Assembly: GCA_976551045.1 (NCBI GenBank)
Contig: CDPCPM010000022.1
Location: 6,200,001 to 6,264,000, forward strand
Source of the DNA: Glaucostegus cemiculus
Taxonomy: Eukaryota
Direction: 5' to 3'
Length of the DNA: 64,000 nucleotides
Under the pieces are notes generated by a model. The model was not told the DNA's origin and ran no database searches. It saw only the letters and a program-made list of their open reading frames with translations. Shown here in pieces: positions 35,291 through 48,024 of this stretch. Numbering within the stretch: position 1 is the stretch's first letter; each line of letters opens with the position of its first letter. The translations under genes and the position numbers were made by a program.

Positions 35291-38200
35291 TTTGAAACTA
35301 CTTTAAAAGTCTGCTTAGAGAATCATCTGAAAGGATCCAATGTATCCTCTTCCAGTAGGTCCTCGAAGACATTTCCTGCAGCCCATTGCCTGATTGACTT
35401 GTGGTCAAAGATGTTCTTCAGCACAAACTTTTCCATGACAGACAGGAGCTCCATTTGAAAGAAATGTTCCTTATCAATGTGGTTGGACTCATCTTTTGCA
35501 GCAAATAGAACCTCAGCACATAGTGACAGGATTTAGGCCATGGTAGGTGCAGTTTTTCCCTATTTCTCCAGAGGTTTTTATTACTTTGTGTCTCTGTGGA
35601 TCCAACCTATTCTTGGGTAAATTTGTAACTCCCATTCCAGACAAAATCAAAATACTGGACCTGATAGGGCTTGTAATTTCAGTCATTTAATAAAATCGTC
35701 TATGGTCTTACTCATGGTTGGTGTGCAGCATAGAGGCAGAGGAGCAATATAACATGTTTACTCTCCTACTGAATGTTGTGTTTTATCACAAACACATCCT
35801 TCTGTTCCCAGCAGTGATTATTTACCCTTAAAATAGAACCTCCATTGGATGGAATCTCTGAAGTAAAAATATTGTTCCTCTGCTTTTTACTCTAATTTCG
35901 TCCATTTACTCCCATTTTGAAGCCAGTTGTAAACCGGTGATGAAATTTCATGGCTGGCAAAAGTACTCCTGTATCAACTCTTGAAGCTATTCTTCCATGT
36001 GTCAGCTTGGGCACTGATTGTCAGCAGTTTATTTCCTCATTCAGACAACCTTTTACACACTGACCTAAGCACATGAACAGACTAAAAAGACTGGATAAAG
36101 GGAATCTTAAATCCAGATCAAGAAAGATTATGGGAATATCTTTTTCAGCGTCTTGAAACAATCAAGAAAGTCTCCAAGGCACCTCAGGAGACATGGATGC
36201 CTCGAATCACAGGTAATTATCAATTTACCCTTAGTAATGGAAAGTACAATTTCAGAATCTACTTCAGATTTATTTTTAAAGAATACTGGCAAATCAAAGT
36301 AAGAAATTAGAAAAAAATTCAAATTGTGGGTGTATGTGCTTGTGTACATTTATTTTGATGTTGAGTATTTACAAATGATAATTATTTTCAAAAATTCTCC
36401 CATGTAAGATGTGGCAATTGAAACACTGGTAATTTTCATTCAATGGTAACTTTAGTGATGGCTGTGTTTGATTAATTAAAAATGTAGCCTTGCTGTCTCC
36501 ATTTTAAATGGGGTCACTCCTTTTTGTATTTAACTGAAGCATTCAACACTGAGTTGTCACAGCTCCCTATCATATCTGAAGCTCCCTTATCATCCTGAAA
36601 TAAACTTTGAATACCAGCCACTTTCAAAGCAGCCACACGCAGTGCAGAGTTTGTTAACTGAGCAGTGATAAATGCTAATTGAAGATCACCATGCGGCCTT
36701 TATTTAGAGCTCACTGCCTCTCTGGGACATCAGTAGCTCCAACGTCAAGGAGATTAATCAGCTTGTGACTAAATTTACGGAAAACTCCATTGTGAAAAAT
36801 GTGCAATGTCCTCACCTTTATACAAACAGTTCTTTGTGCATTTCTTTAAGTGAGTTAAGTCCCAGGAGAGCCTTGATGCGTGCAGCTAGTAAATATGACA
36901 AGACTGTGATTTTAGTTTGTTGACATAAAAAATATGCCTCCTAAGTCCCAGAGAACCATTTTAACAAGAGGTCACCCATTAGTCGTCCTCCAGCCAAATC
37001 AGAAACTTTAGCCATTCCTGATGACTGAGTTTGATGAACAAGATTTGAAAGGATTTATAGTGCACCCAGTCATGTTGAGTTCAGGGTTAGGACCTATTGG
37101 AAAAAGCCTGATCCTTGAACAAATTTAAACCTGTTCTGAGTCACAATATGCATTTAAAGCTCCATTTTTTATTTCAGTGCTTCACTCAGATCTAATTAAC
37201 AGCTATAAATTCACTTTTTATTGATTGAAATGTAATTACACCTCACATAAAACTGTATAAAGTGGAAAGGAATGCATTGTCCCACCAAATGGAATAGGGA
37301 GGTGTGCACTTTCCGGAGCAGCCTATAATAGTGCAAATGCAGTTTATTTCCTTTAGTGAAGTCTTTCAATTAGTGGTTACTCTGCAGGACAATAACAGCA
37401 GGGAAATATTATCCTGTGTAGCCATTCTTACTGCAAAAGGTTTGATTAAAAATGGCTCCAAAGCAAATTGATTTGATACTGGGTTAGACAAACAATCTTG
37501 GCATTTTTCCAGGTTAAAAGAACTGACCAGTGCATGTATCCTCCTTAAACTAATTATAGTCAAAATCTGGTCCCAGTTCGAGAAGAGTTCAAATTTAAAT
37601 AATAGGGATGGTAAATTCAGTTAGGAAGTGACCAGAACTGAACTACAGAGCTAAGCATGATGTTAAAGCCCAGAGTCAGAGTCTGCACCACTGCGATCTG
37701 ACTGGGATCTAGCAGACATTTTGGCCAGTCAGTTTTCATTTCAGAACTACAGTTTTAATTTTCTTCTTTAAAGTGGAAAAGTGAGTTGTCATCATCTCAC
37801 AAATGAGTCATTTCATTTTCCTTTTCTTTATTATATCAAGTAGATATTTTATTAACCCCTCAAAATGTGGTGGAAGTAAAACTTTAACCAAAATTTCAAG
37901 TTGCAGCTCATTTGGCCACAGCCATGGACCCCAAAGGAGAGGTCCAAGAGACACTATTCCCGGGAAGGATCTCACTCCTGGTTACCATCCTATGCCCCCC
38001 TCTGAAAAATAGATACATGCTGACTGCAAAAACTGCAGCCAAGCAGACTACCGACGAGCTTGTTAAAACACACAAGAGTAAACCTTTGTGCAAGAATATA
38101 AAAAAAGTAATGACTAGTAAACCCAGTTCATTTTGCTTCATCACAATCCGTATTTCTAGGCAACTCTAACGGGTGCCAAATTTGATTTTTTTTTAGTATT

Positions 38201-38761
38201 TCAATAAACTTGTTGAGGATTTTCCCAGAGCCCTAATTGTAGGATGTGTTGGTGAATCTATGACTTGGAAATATAAGAGGTGCCGTCCCTCTGCATTGAG
38301 ATCCAAATTAATAAAGAGAGAAGGCTCTGATTCAGTCAAGTTTTTATCAGGGCTTTAAGTAATACAGACTTTGTCCTAAAGCAGGAAGCTAAATATGAAG
38401 GAGGTCAGTTTTTGAGTTATTAGTAGTCCAATAGAGCTGTAACACACAGAGTAAACTGTCTGCAAATATTTATTTTTCCCATGATTTCAAGGCATGAAAT
38501 GAGAGATTAGTAAAATTTGACTTGACTGTTACCATGTACTTTAATCATTTTAAATTATCTACATTTAACCAAGTGCCTTTGAAAAGATTGCTGAACCTCA
38601 AGAACATAAGAAAAATGTTGGATTTCACCATTGCCGCATTAAATATTTGGCAGCATGTTCACAACATTATACGCAAAATGTTCGGATCTTTTACCAGAAT
38701 GAGCATCACTGTCTCATCTAACCAGCTATGAAGAAAGGATATTTTCACCATGTGCTATGTC

Positions 38762-39125
38762 AGAGTTCTAGAGCCGTAAAGAGATACAGCATTGAAAAAG
38801 GGTCTTTTGGCCCACCAAACCTGTGCCTACCATTAAGTATCCTTCCCCCATTTTTATATGAATCCTACCCTAACCCATTTTATTCTCCCCACATTCATCA
38901 ATGCCCCCCAGATTCTACATAACAGGGGCAATTTAAAGTGGTCAATTAACCTTTCAAACTGCACATACTTGGAATGTAGAAAACATTAACTGGAGTACCC
39001 AGAGGAAACCCATGTGATCACAGGGAGAACATGCAAACTCCACACAAACAGCACCAGAGATCAGGATTCAACCAGATCACTGGAGCTGTAAGGCAGCAGC
39101 TCTACTAGCTGCACCGCTGTGCCAC
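38762..39125 (-). mobile_element. HE1-type V-SINE (tRNA head, V domain, CR1 tail)
   Basis: Minus strand reads ggcacagcggtgcagctagtagagctgctgcc...ggagtttgcatgttctccctgtgatcacatgggtttcctctggg, with a CR1-like tail. Confidence 0.88.
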
Positions 39126-39219
39126 AACTTATTTACATTTTGTGACAGTGCATAGTTATTATTCCAGTGACAAGGAACTCTTCACCAACAAGCAAAGGGA
39201 ACAGCAATAAACACCAAAA

Positions 39220-40593
39220 GTGTGGTCTGAGGTTCGTTCCTGCTTCAAAAGGGCAGAAATCATACCAGTGCCCAAGAAGAGCAGGGGGAGCTGCCTTAAC
39301 AACTATCGCCCGGTAGCACTCACATCTACTGTAATGAAGTGTTTTGAGAGATTGGCTACGGCTAGAATTAACTCCTGCCTGAGCAAGGATCTGGACCTGC
39401 TGCAGTTCGCCTAGAGCTGCAACTGGTCTACAGCAGATGTAATCTCATTGACTCTCCACTCTGCTTTGGAGTGCCTAGACAACAGGAAGACATATGTCAG
39501 GTTGCTGTTTATTGGTTACACTTCAGTGTTCAGTACCATGATCCCCTCAGTATTAAATCAGCAAGCTTCTAAACCTGGGCCTCTGTACCTCCCTCTGTAA
39601 CTGGATCCTCAGATTCCTCATCGGGAGACCACCAAAGTCAGTACAGGTTGGTAATAACATCTCCTCCTCACTGACAATCGACACAGACACACCTTGAGGA
39701 TACATGCTTAGCCCACTGCTCTACTCTCTCTAAACTCATGACTGTCTGGTGAAACACAGCTCAAACACCATCTTTAAATTGTCAGATGACATCACTGTTA
39801 TTGGTAAAATCTCAGATGGGGAGGAGGAGGTGTATACGAGTGAGATAAATCAGCTGGTTCAATGGTGTCACAACAACAACCGCGTGCTCAATATCAGCAA
39901 GACCAAGGCATTAATTGTGGACTTCAGGAAGGGGAGGTCAGGTGGATACACACCAGTCCTCATTGTGGAGTCAGTGGTGGAAAGGGTGAGCAGATTCAAG
40001 GTCCTGGGTGTCACCATCTCAAAGGATCTATCTTGGGCCCAACACATTGATGCAATCACAAAGAAGGCACGACAGTGGCTCTACTTCATTAGGAGTTTGA
40101 GGAGCTTTGGTATGTCAGCAAAAACTCCTGTAAATTTCCATAGATGTACAGTGGAGAACATTCTGACTGGTTGCACCACTGCCTGGTATGGAGGCTCCAA
40201 CGCACAGAATCACAATAGGCTGCTGAGGATTGTAGACTCAGCCAGCTCCATCACTGGAACAAGGACATCTTGAAGAGGTGGTGCCTCAAGAAAGTGGCAT
40301 CCATCACTAAGGACCCTCACCATCTGGGACATGCCCTTTCCTTTTTACTACCATTGAAGAGGAGGCACAGGAGCCTGAAGACCCACACTCAGTGATTTAG
40401 GAACAGCTTCTTCCCCTCCCCCATCAGATTTCTGAATGGCCCATTAACACTACCTCATTATTCTATTTTTGCACTATTTATTTATTTTGTAATTTATAGT
40501 AATTTTATGTCTTTGCATTGTACTGCTGCTGCAAAACAACAAATTTCACATCATTTAAGACAGTACAATAAAACTTATCCTGATTCTATTCTG
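39220..40593 (+). mobile_element. Rex1/Babar LINE, 5'-truncated, with stops and frameshifts
   Basis: IIPVPKK...[37 protein letters not shown]-like and TAWYG motifs, ending in a caataaaac..ctgattct tail. Confidence 0.92.
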
Positions 40594-41859
40594 AAGTGGT
40601 AAACCTAATTCCCTAATATTAACATAATGGTTCATCTTGATGTATTTAATCAGGATACAGTGACTCTAATTTCACTTGAATCATCTTAGTATACATAATC
40701 CAGACAATGCATTCACAACTTCAGTTACAGTCTCCCAATATTTCTATCTGTGCTGCGGTGTTGACATGTGGCTAATTGCCCCCAAAGATATCACAAATGT
40801 ACTACTATACTAAAGATACAATGGCTGGAGGGAAAACCATATATCTTATGTAATCTCTTGGCTACCATTACTGAGTGGTATTGTTCACATTTGGAGTTTC
40901 CGGCATTAACTACAAGTGAATGCAGGTTGTTGCTTGTGCAGGTGATAGTGGAACTTTCATGTGTTCAGCTGGCTGCCAAAAATCAAATTAATGAAAAAGG
41001 TTTTGTAAGTGTTACAAGCAAATCCTGAGGCAATTGCATCTTTTTGAATTGAAAAACAACTCTGCTGAAATATGCTGAGTCCAGCACTACGCTGCTCTAA
41101 TTTTAGGTCCGGTATAATTTAGTAGCTCTGACCTTGAATGAGGATTTTTATCACATCTGCTGGAAATTCACAGCAAATCTTCTGACTTCCCTCAACCCAG
41201 CCAGACTCCCAGTAATTTTCACCATCCCTGCCTGGTAGGAACCAACTACACTTAAAGTTGGTGCCCACCACCGTGTCTTGCCAACTTCCCACCTGGAATT
41301 TACCAACCTTGTGAGGCCAGATATATTTAATTGAACTCCCCACCCCAATAATGTTTTGTACCACTTTAAGGATTGTATCATGTGACCAGATGGTGTCTAC
41401 GTTGGTATTACATTGTCCATAGTGGAGATCCATCTCTGTGGAGAGAGACAGATGAGTGCTGTCATGACACTGTAACCAAATTTTCCAATGGGCGCCAAAA
41501 CACTCAGACATCTTCAAAGCTGTCTGCTCAAGGTTAATCCTATTTTCAACAGCATGTCACTTTCTTTTTCCCCCAAGTTTTGTGAATGTATTCCTGGACC
41601 CTCATCCTAGTTTAATGAAAACACACATCAATATTTTCTGAATGATATACAATGTTCACTTGGTTTTCCATACATGTGTCATTTCTGCTGGCCAATGAAT
41701 TGCAACTTCCTCTTCGTTCAGTTATCCTTCATTGTCTTAAATCTACTTGGGAATTTAATTTCTGGACCACCGACACCCCTTCCCCCCCATACCCCTCCCC
41801 AGAGTGAATTGTTTGCAATATTGCTCACAATCACATTGAGAACCAATATAACTTGTAAA

Positions 41860-42330
41860 TAATCTGTCCATTAATGTTAATAGAATATTTGAATGCAAGC
41901 AAAAGTAATCCTCAGCTGAAAAATACAAGTGCTTTGTAAAGCGGGAGTGCAGACCAAGATAATGAATCTTTCCTAGTCTGTGATTGACAATCTGTTCAGT
42001 TTGATTTATGTATATACAGAAAAATCGGCACTGTGGCATAAAGAATTTATCCGCAAGTGTGGAAAACTTGATAGTCCATGAGTGATGAAGTCACGAGAGA
42101 GTTATCAACTTCTTCCTTGTCAGTTGTCCACTGAGGCTTGGTTTATATCATTCACTTTTGATTTACCTTTAATGAACACAGAGGGTGTTTTAGTACTTCT
42201 CCAGAGGACATGTGACCTGCCTTTCACTTCTTTTCAAAAGGAAATGCTTACCAGATTGAAAATCTGCTCAGTAGAGGGACAATTACTTTGAAGGGAGCGT
42301 TTCAGCACAAAATAAAGCTTGCTGCAGCAG
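41860..42330. promoter_or_regulatory. Candidate conserved non-coding element (enhancer)
   Basis: TE-free block with TGATTGACA (Pbx/Meis-like, 41981) and TGATTTAT (Pbx-Hox, 42002) 21 bp apart. Conservation not testable here. Confidence 0.4.
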
Positions 42331-42489
42331 TGAGTGGTGGAGGTTTGCTCAAATTTAACTTAGTGAGTCAGGGGAAGGAAAATGTTGGTTTCTAACATTG
42401 AAATTTGCAGTATAAAGTTGCAATGGCTGCCAGTTTCAACAGTTAGACTGAAGACTGGATCTCTGCATTAGATGATTTATCATCTGTCA

Positions 42490-42900
42490 ACAAGCACTTG
42501 CATTAGTATAGCATCTTTTAAATGGCAAGTTATCCCATGGAGCTTCATAGAATGTGAGAGAACAGAATGTTGCATAAAGGATGCAAGGACAGGGGAAGTG
42601 ATAGACTTTAGAGGATGTACTTAAAAGAGAAGGGAGAGTTGGAAAGTTAGAGATTTGTTAAGGGAGGGAATTTCAGATCTGGGCCATAGCTGAAGGGAGG
42701 ATTACAAATGTTGGAGCCAGAAATATTTGGGATGTGCAAGAAGCCATATTTTGAGCAGCTCAGAGACTTTAGATAGTAGTGGGGGTGGAGGAGGGGAGGG
42801 AGAGTCCCCAGGAGATTTTAAAAAGGATAAGAGTTTTAACTTTAAAGTATTACTAGATATGTAGTTGATGGAAGTCAGCAAGCACTGGAGTGTTGGATAA
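42490..42900 (-). mobile_element. Old L2-type LINE fragment
   Basis: caacaagcacttgcattagtatagcatctttta tail, gagggaatttcaga...tagctgaagg, and ggaagtcagcaagcactggagtg. Confidence 0.55.
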
Positions 42901-45900
42901 ATAAGAACATAAAATAAGTATGACCATCAAAAAAAAAGGGTTTTATATTATGGAATCCCTCTGATCAACATTTCTAAATTCAGTATTTAAATTTCTTTTT
43001 TAATCTTTTAAGGTTTATGATATCACACCCTGCAATCTCACCAAGTTCAGAATTTTTGTGCAAACAAAGAAGTTCTGACCCTGAAAAATTTAATTTTGTT
43101 AATATTGTCACCTGTATTTTCTACTTTCTCTCACCCCACATCTTTTTACTTGTCTAATCATTCTTCTTTTCTTTTCCAGCCCAGTTCCTCGGTTCACCTA
43201 CATTCTCAGTGAATTCCCTGCAAATCATCAGATCTTTCTATCGTTTTCCAACCTAGCTCTAGATGACCTACAAAAATAGTACACGTTTGTTGTTTCAGTC
43301 TCTCTCTCATTCCCTCTCTAAGATACAAGAAAGTAGCTGGTAATTCAAACTGACACAGATACATCACAGCATAACAGCATTCTTTTTATGACTTTCTTCC
43401 AACAAGCTCCCAGTGGAAACTTCTGCACACGTTGTTACAGCCCAGAGACAGTTAGTCACAGCGGGCAATCCAGAAAGAGTGACAGCATTAAAGCAACAAT
43501 TATTGCCAACAAACCAATATTACATTCAACACATATGTTACAGTTTTACTTCATTGATGTTTGTCCTCAACCTTACAATGAAGTGAGCTTGATGGATAGC
43601 ACATGTGTAAAGGAGCATGTCATTGATTTTGTTATTATTTTTACATAAGAAGAATGTTGCTGGTAAGACCATCATTTTTTGACCATTGCATGTGTGCTTG
43701 AGAAGATAATAGTGAACATCTAACTTAAACAAGGGGAGTCATTGTGGTGAAGATACTCCCCCTGTGCTGACTGGGACTATGTTGCAGGAACTTCCCCAGA
43801 GGTGAATGAATGGCATTGACTACAGATTTTTATATTTTTTCACCCGTCAGCCACATGGGACCTTGTCAAAGCCTTGTTAAAATCCATGTAAGTTATATCA
43901 AATGTATTTCCCCCAAACTGAGCCTCCTTATTGTCATCTCAGAACATTTAATTAAGTTAGTCAGACAAACACTTCATTTCCTGAACAAACCCTGTAGCCA
44001 CAGCACTTATACGGCTGCTCCAGTTAAGTTTCTGATAGCAATGGCCAGTGTCTGCCACCTGATTGGCATATACATGTTATGCCATATCTGAGCCCTGATT
44101 TCAATGTTATTTTGATCTCACTAATACATAGGCGTGAGGTTCTTCATTATCTGATGTGTTGTCAATGAAGTTGAACGATGTGAAATAATCAGCAAGCTTC
44201 CTTATTTCTGAAATGATGGAGGGAAAAGTTATTGGTGAAACAGTGGGCCCAGAACCAAGGAACTCCTGAAGCTGAAATGATTGTCCTCCATCAACCACAG
44301 CCATCAAGATAAAGAAAAAGCCATGAAAATCAATTGCAAGACATGAAGAGAACAGGAGACAAAAAAATTGGTACCAGTTCATGAGAATTACAAGAGAAAA
44401 TATAAATGCCAGTTCCTCAGTTGACCAAACGTTTGATATTTCACTTTGATTAAGTTCCAGACTGACCTTTATTACATTGTTTTTGCATCAAAATAAGAGG
44501 GTAATGCCAGGTGACTCCTTACAAGGTGCAGACAGATAACTAAGTTGGCAATGCTGGAAAAATGTATTTCTTACAGCAGGGACATTTATTACAGCATATC
44601 CCCAGCTGCTTCAACCTCTGAATGCTGCAACACATTGAATTGAGATTTATTTTGTTTTACGCATGGATGTGATTTTTCAAGAACTCACATCCTGACTCCT
44701 TTTCATTACCAAATTCAGACAAAACCTCGGAGATGATTCAGATCAAGCAATTCACAGACTGTTAGCAGATCCACGGTCTAGACAGGCCATGCCAGAATCT
44801 TATTTGACCCAGCACAAAATCAATCCAACTTTAATCAGGATGCACTCAGCAGACAATAGAGCAAATACTAAAATCAAACAAGTACTCTTTAGCAGAGTCA
44901 AAGTTGCACATTTTAGCAATAAATGCATGCATGGAGTAAGGGAACAGATGAAGGGGAATGTAGCTCAGTTTATGAATGAGTAGTGAAATAAATTGATTTA
45001 CTACGTCAATTCCCCAGGACACCACAGAATCTCAGCATTGTTTGTGGTTCTTTAGAACTCATTCCCTGACATTCCTATATTGCAGACTTAACTAATTTCC
45101 AAATTGGATTCAAACACTGGTTGCAGAGGTAACCTTCTGAACAACATCGCCATCCAATCTCCTAATTTATTAAATCTTTAAAAGAATTAATGTATATTAC
45201 TGTAAACTTCTTTTTCATTCATTGCAACATGAAAATCATTTCATGCTGCTCTGCATGAAACAGCTGTTAACATAAATTTAATCACAAGAAATTAAAACAT
45301 AAAAATTGTAATTACAACTATACATGTCTTCCACTTAAAATAAGCACTTATTTCAGGAATGTCACAGTTAAATTTTTGTGTTAGTATCAGGGGATTTGTT
45401 CCATGCATTTAGTGCTCAATTCTTCAAACTATTATCATATTAAGGAAAACCAAGGAGACAATAAAACTGGAGATCTTTAAATCTCACAATTTACAAGGAT
45501 AAATTAAACCATTCATATTTAAATTTCAGCCATTAAAATTTGCAAGCATCTTAACTTTCAATTTAGATTGAATAGGGATTATTTTTGCACATATTGATTT
45601 TGACACATTTATATTGCCCATTGTGCACACTTAACTGTTCCTATTATATATCATAAATCATGGTCTGATATTTCATTCTTAAAACATTTGTATGTTGAAT
45701 TTCCCCAGAGTGTTTCAAGGTAAGTTACAGTGTTTAAGTGCAGCAAAAGTACGTCCTTTCCAGCAAATAAAATCAATAAAATGCCACCCCAGGCAACATC
45801 CATTTGCCATCCCTATATGTTTTGGTCTCTGACTGCTCAACATACAAATGAATTTTCCACTGCAGACTTGCATCAGCTGGGGAGTATAAAAGAGATGATT

Positions 45901-46082
45901 GTCCAATAGAATTGACCTCCCAGTGACAGCCGGCCAATGAACATATTGATGCAATGTTCAACTTTGGGTAGATGTCAAATGCACATCTTGTTGTGCTAGT
46001 GACACAATGATGGGCGGAAGGGTAAAGTGCACATCAGGAATTCAGCCAGTTCTTTCAGGGCCACAAAACTGGCAATTATATT

Positions 46083-47210
46083 GAACATAGAACAATACAG
46101 CACAGGAACAGACCCTTCCGCCCACAATGTCTGTACCGACCATGATGCTAATCCAAACTAATCCCATCTGCCTACATGTGGTCTATATCCCTCCATTCCT
46201 TGCGTCTCCCTAAATGCCTTTTAAATGTTGCTATCATATCTGCCTCCACCATTTCCCCTTGCAGCATGTTCCAGGAACCTATCATTCTCTATCTAAAGAA
46301 ACTCACCTCATAAATTTCCTTTAAACTTTCCCCTCTCACCTTTAAACTATGCTCTCTAGCATTTGAAATTTCCACCCTGGTAAAAAGACTATCCACCTTA
46401 TCTATGCCACTCCTACTTCTAAATTCTTCTCTCAGGTTTCCTTTTAACCTCCAATGCTCCAGAGAAAATAATCCAACTTTGTTCATTCTTTCCTTGTACC
46501 TAATCCAGTAACATCCTGGTGAACCTCTTTTGCACCCTCTCCAAAGCCTCCACATCCTTCCTGTAAATGTGATGACAAGAACTACACACAATACCCTAAA
46601 TGCAGCCTAACCAAATTTTTATACATCCGCAACATGACTAGTTTATATTCAGCACTCCAACCAGTGAGGGCAAGTATGCCTTACACTTTCTTTACCACTC
46701 TTTCTATTTGTGTTGCCACTTTCAGGGAGCTACGGACTTGCACCCAAAGATCCCTCTGTACATCAGTGCTGCAGCCAGTTACTGTATATTTTCCACCTGC
46801 ATTTGACCCCTCAAAGTGCAACAGCTCACATTTGTCTGGATTAAACTCCACCTGCCATTTCTTTTCCCATATCCCAAATGGATCTACCTCCTGCTGAATC
46901 CTTTGACAACCTTCCTTGCTATACACAAATCCACCAATTTTCACATTGTCTGCAAAGTTACTAATCAGGCCACCTACGATTTCGTTCTATATATCACAAA
47001 CAACAGGGGTCCCAGTATGATCCTTGAGGAACATCATTGGTCACAGACCACCAGTCAGTAAAGCATCACTCTGCCCCTACTTGCTGTCTTCGATGATCAA
47101 GCCAATTTTGAATCCAATCTATTAAGTCACTGTAGATCCCATGTGCCTTAATCTTCTGGATCAACCTACTATGATGGACCGTATCAAAAGCTTTACTAAA
47201 GTCCATATAT
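46083..47210 (-). mobile_element. CR1 LINE, 5'-truncated, degraded RT
   Basis: VYMDFSKAFD.V.H.RLIQKI, WQVEFNPDKCE and DLWVQVRSSLKVA motifs, with the gaacatagaacaatacagcacagg tail on +. Confidence 0.93.
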
Positions 47211-48024
47211 ACAGTTTTGTTCCAACAATATTCACTAATCAAATAATACTGGTTTTTTTTTCCCACTGCAGCCCACTCACTATTCTGTCACCAAAATATT
47301 AAATGCAATGAATACATTTTCAGCTTGCATAGGCTCACTGGTCTCAATGCGACTGGTTCAACTCTCTCCTCACACCTTTTTGCCTCTATCTGGACCAATA
47401 GTCAAAGTCACAACAGTTGCAGCAGGGCAATAAGAAAAGGATAAATGAGAAGCAGCTGTACTGAAGGCAGAGGAGTGAGACGGCAATGAATATGAACAGA
47501 AATAGAAACTGAAATGTGTGGGCTGCAGAAAGACTGTGGAATGAATTTGGGTGATAATGCTAAAGTTAAGGCGGAGTGACAAAATGGATGAGAAAGAGAG
47601 AGATTAAACATAAAGCAGGAAAGAGGTTGAAGTGAAAAAGAAAGAAACTGAGAGGATGCCATTGTAAGGCAATCCTCAATCCACACTGGAGCACAGGCCT
47701 CAGTAACTTTGTTCCACACATTCCTTTGGATGAACAAACCAATCAAATGTTAACATAATATTCTCATGGTGAATTAGTTCTATATTTTTGCTTATTTTAA
47801 GATATAGATTTAAATTTTACATAATTTGGGTGCAGATTACGACTTTGAATACGTAGCACAAGAGTCAGAGCACACACTTCCGTCTCTGCAGTCCAGCGTT
47901 AACCACCCACTCAAGCTTACTCCCATGCTCGCTCCTGTAACTCTATCAGCCTGAAATTCTGTTCTCTTCTCCATTATTTGATTATCTATTTAAGATTTAC
48001 ATGAAATCTACACTCTGCAACACA

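Larger units (their letters stand above)
34480..35510 (-). mobile_element. Old Tx1/L1-clade LINE ORF2 C-terminal region, interrupted
   Basis: Minus-strand peptides EKFVLKNIFDHKSIRQW, DIAWLVVKRA and NLLVFQCRE.STTKCCRL.HS....Y.LRD..KL resemble the Tx1-like ORF2 end. Confidence 0.7.
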
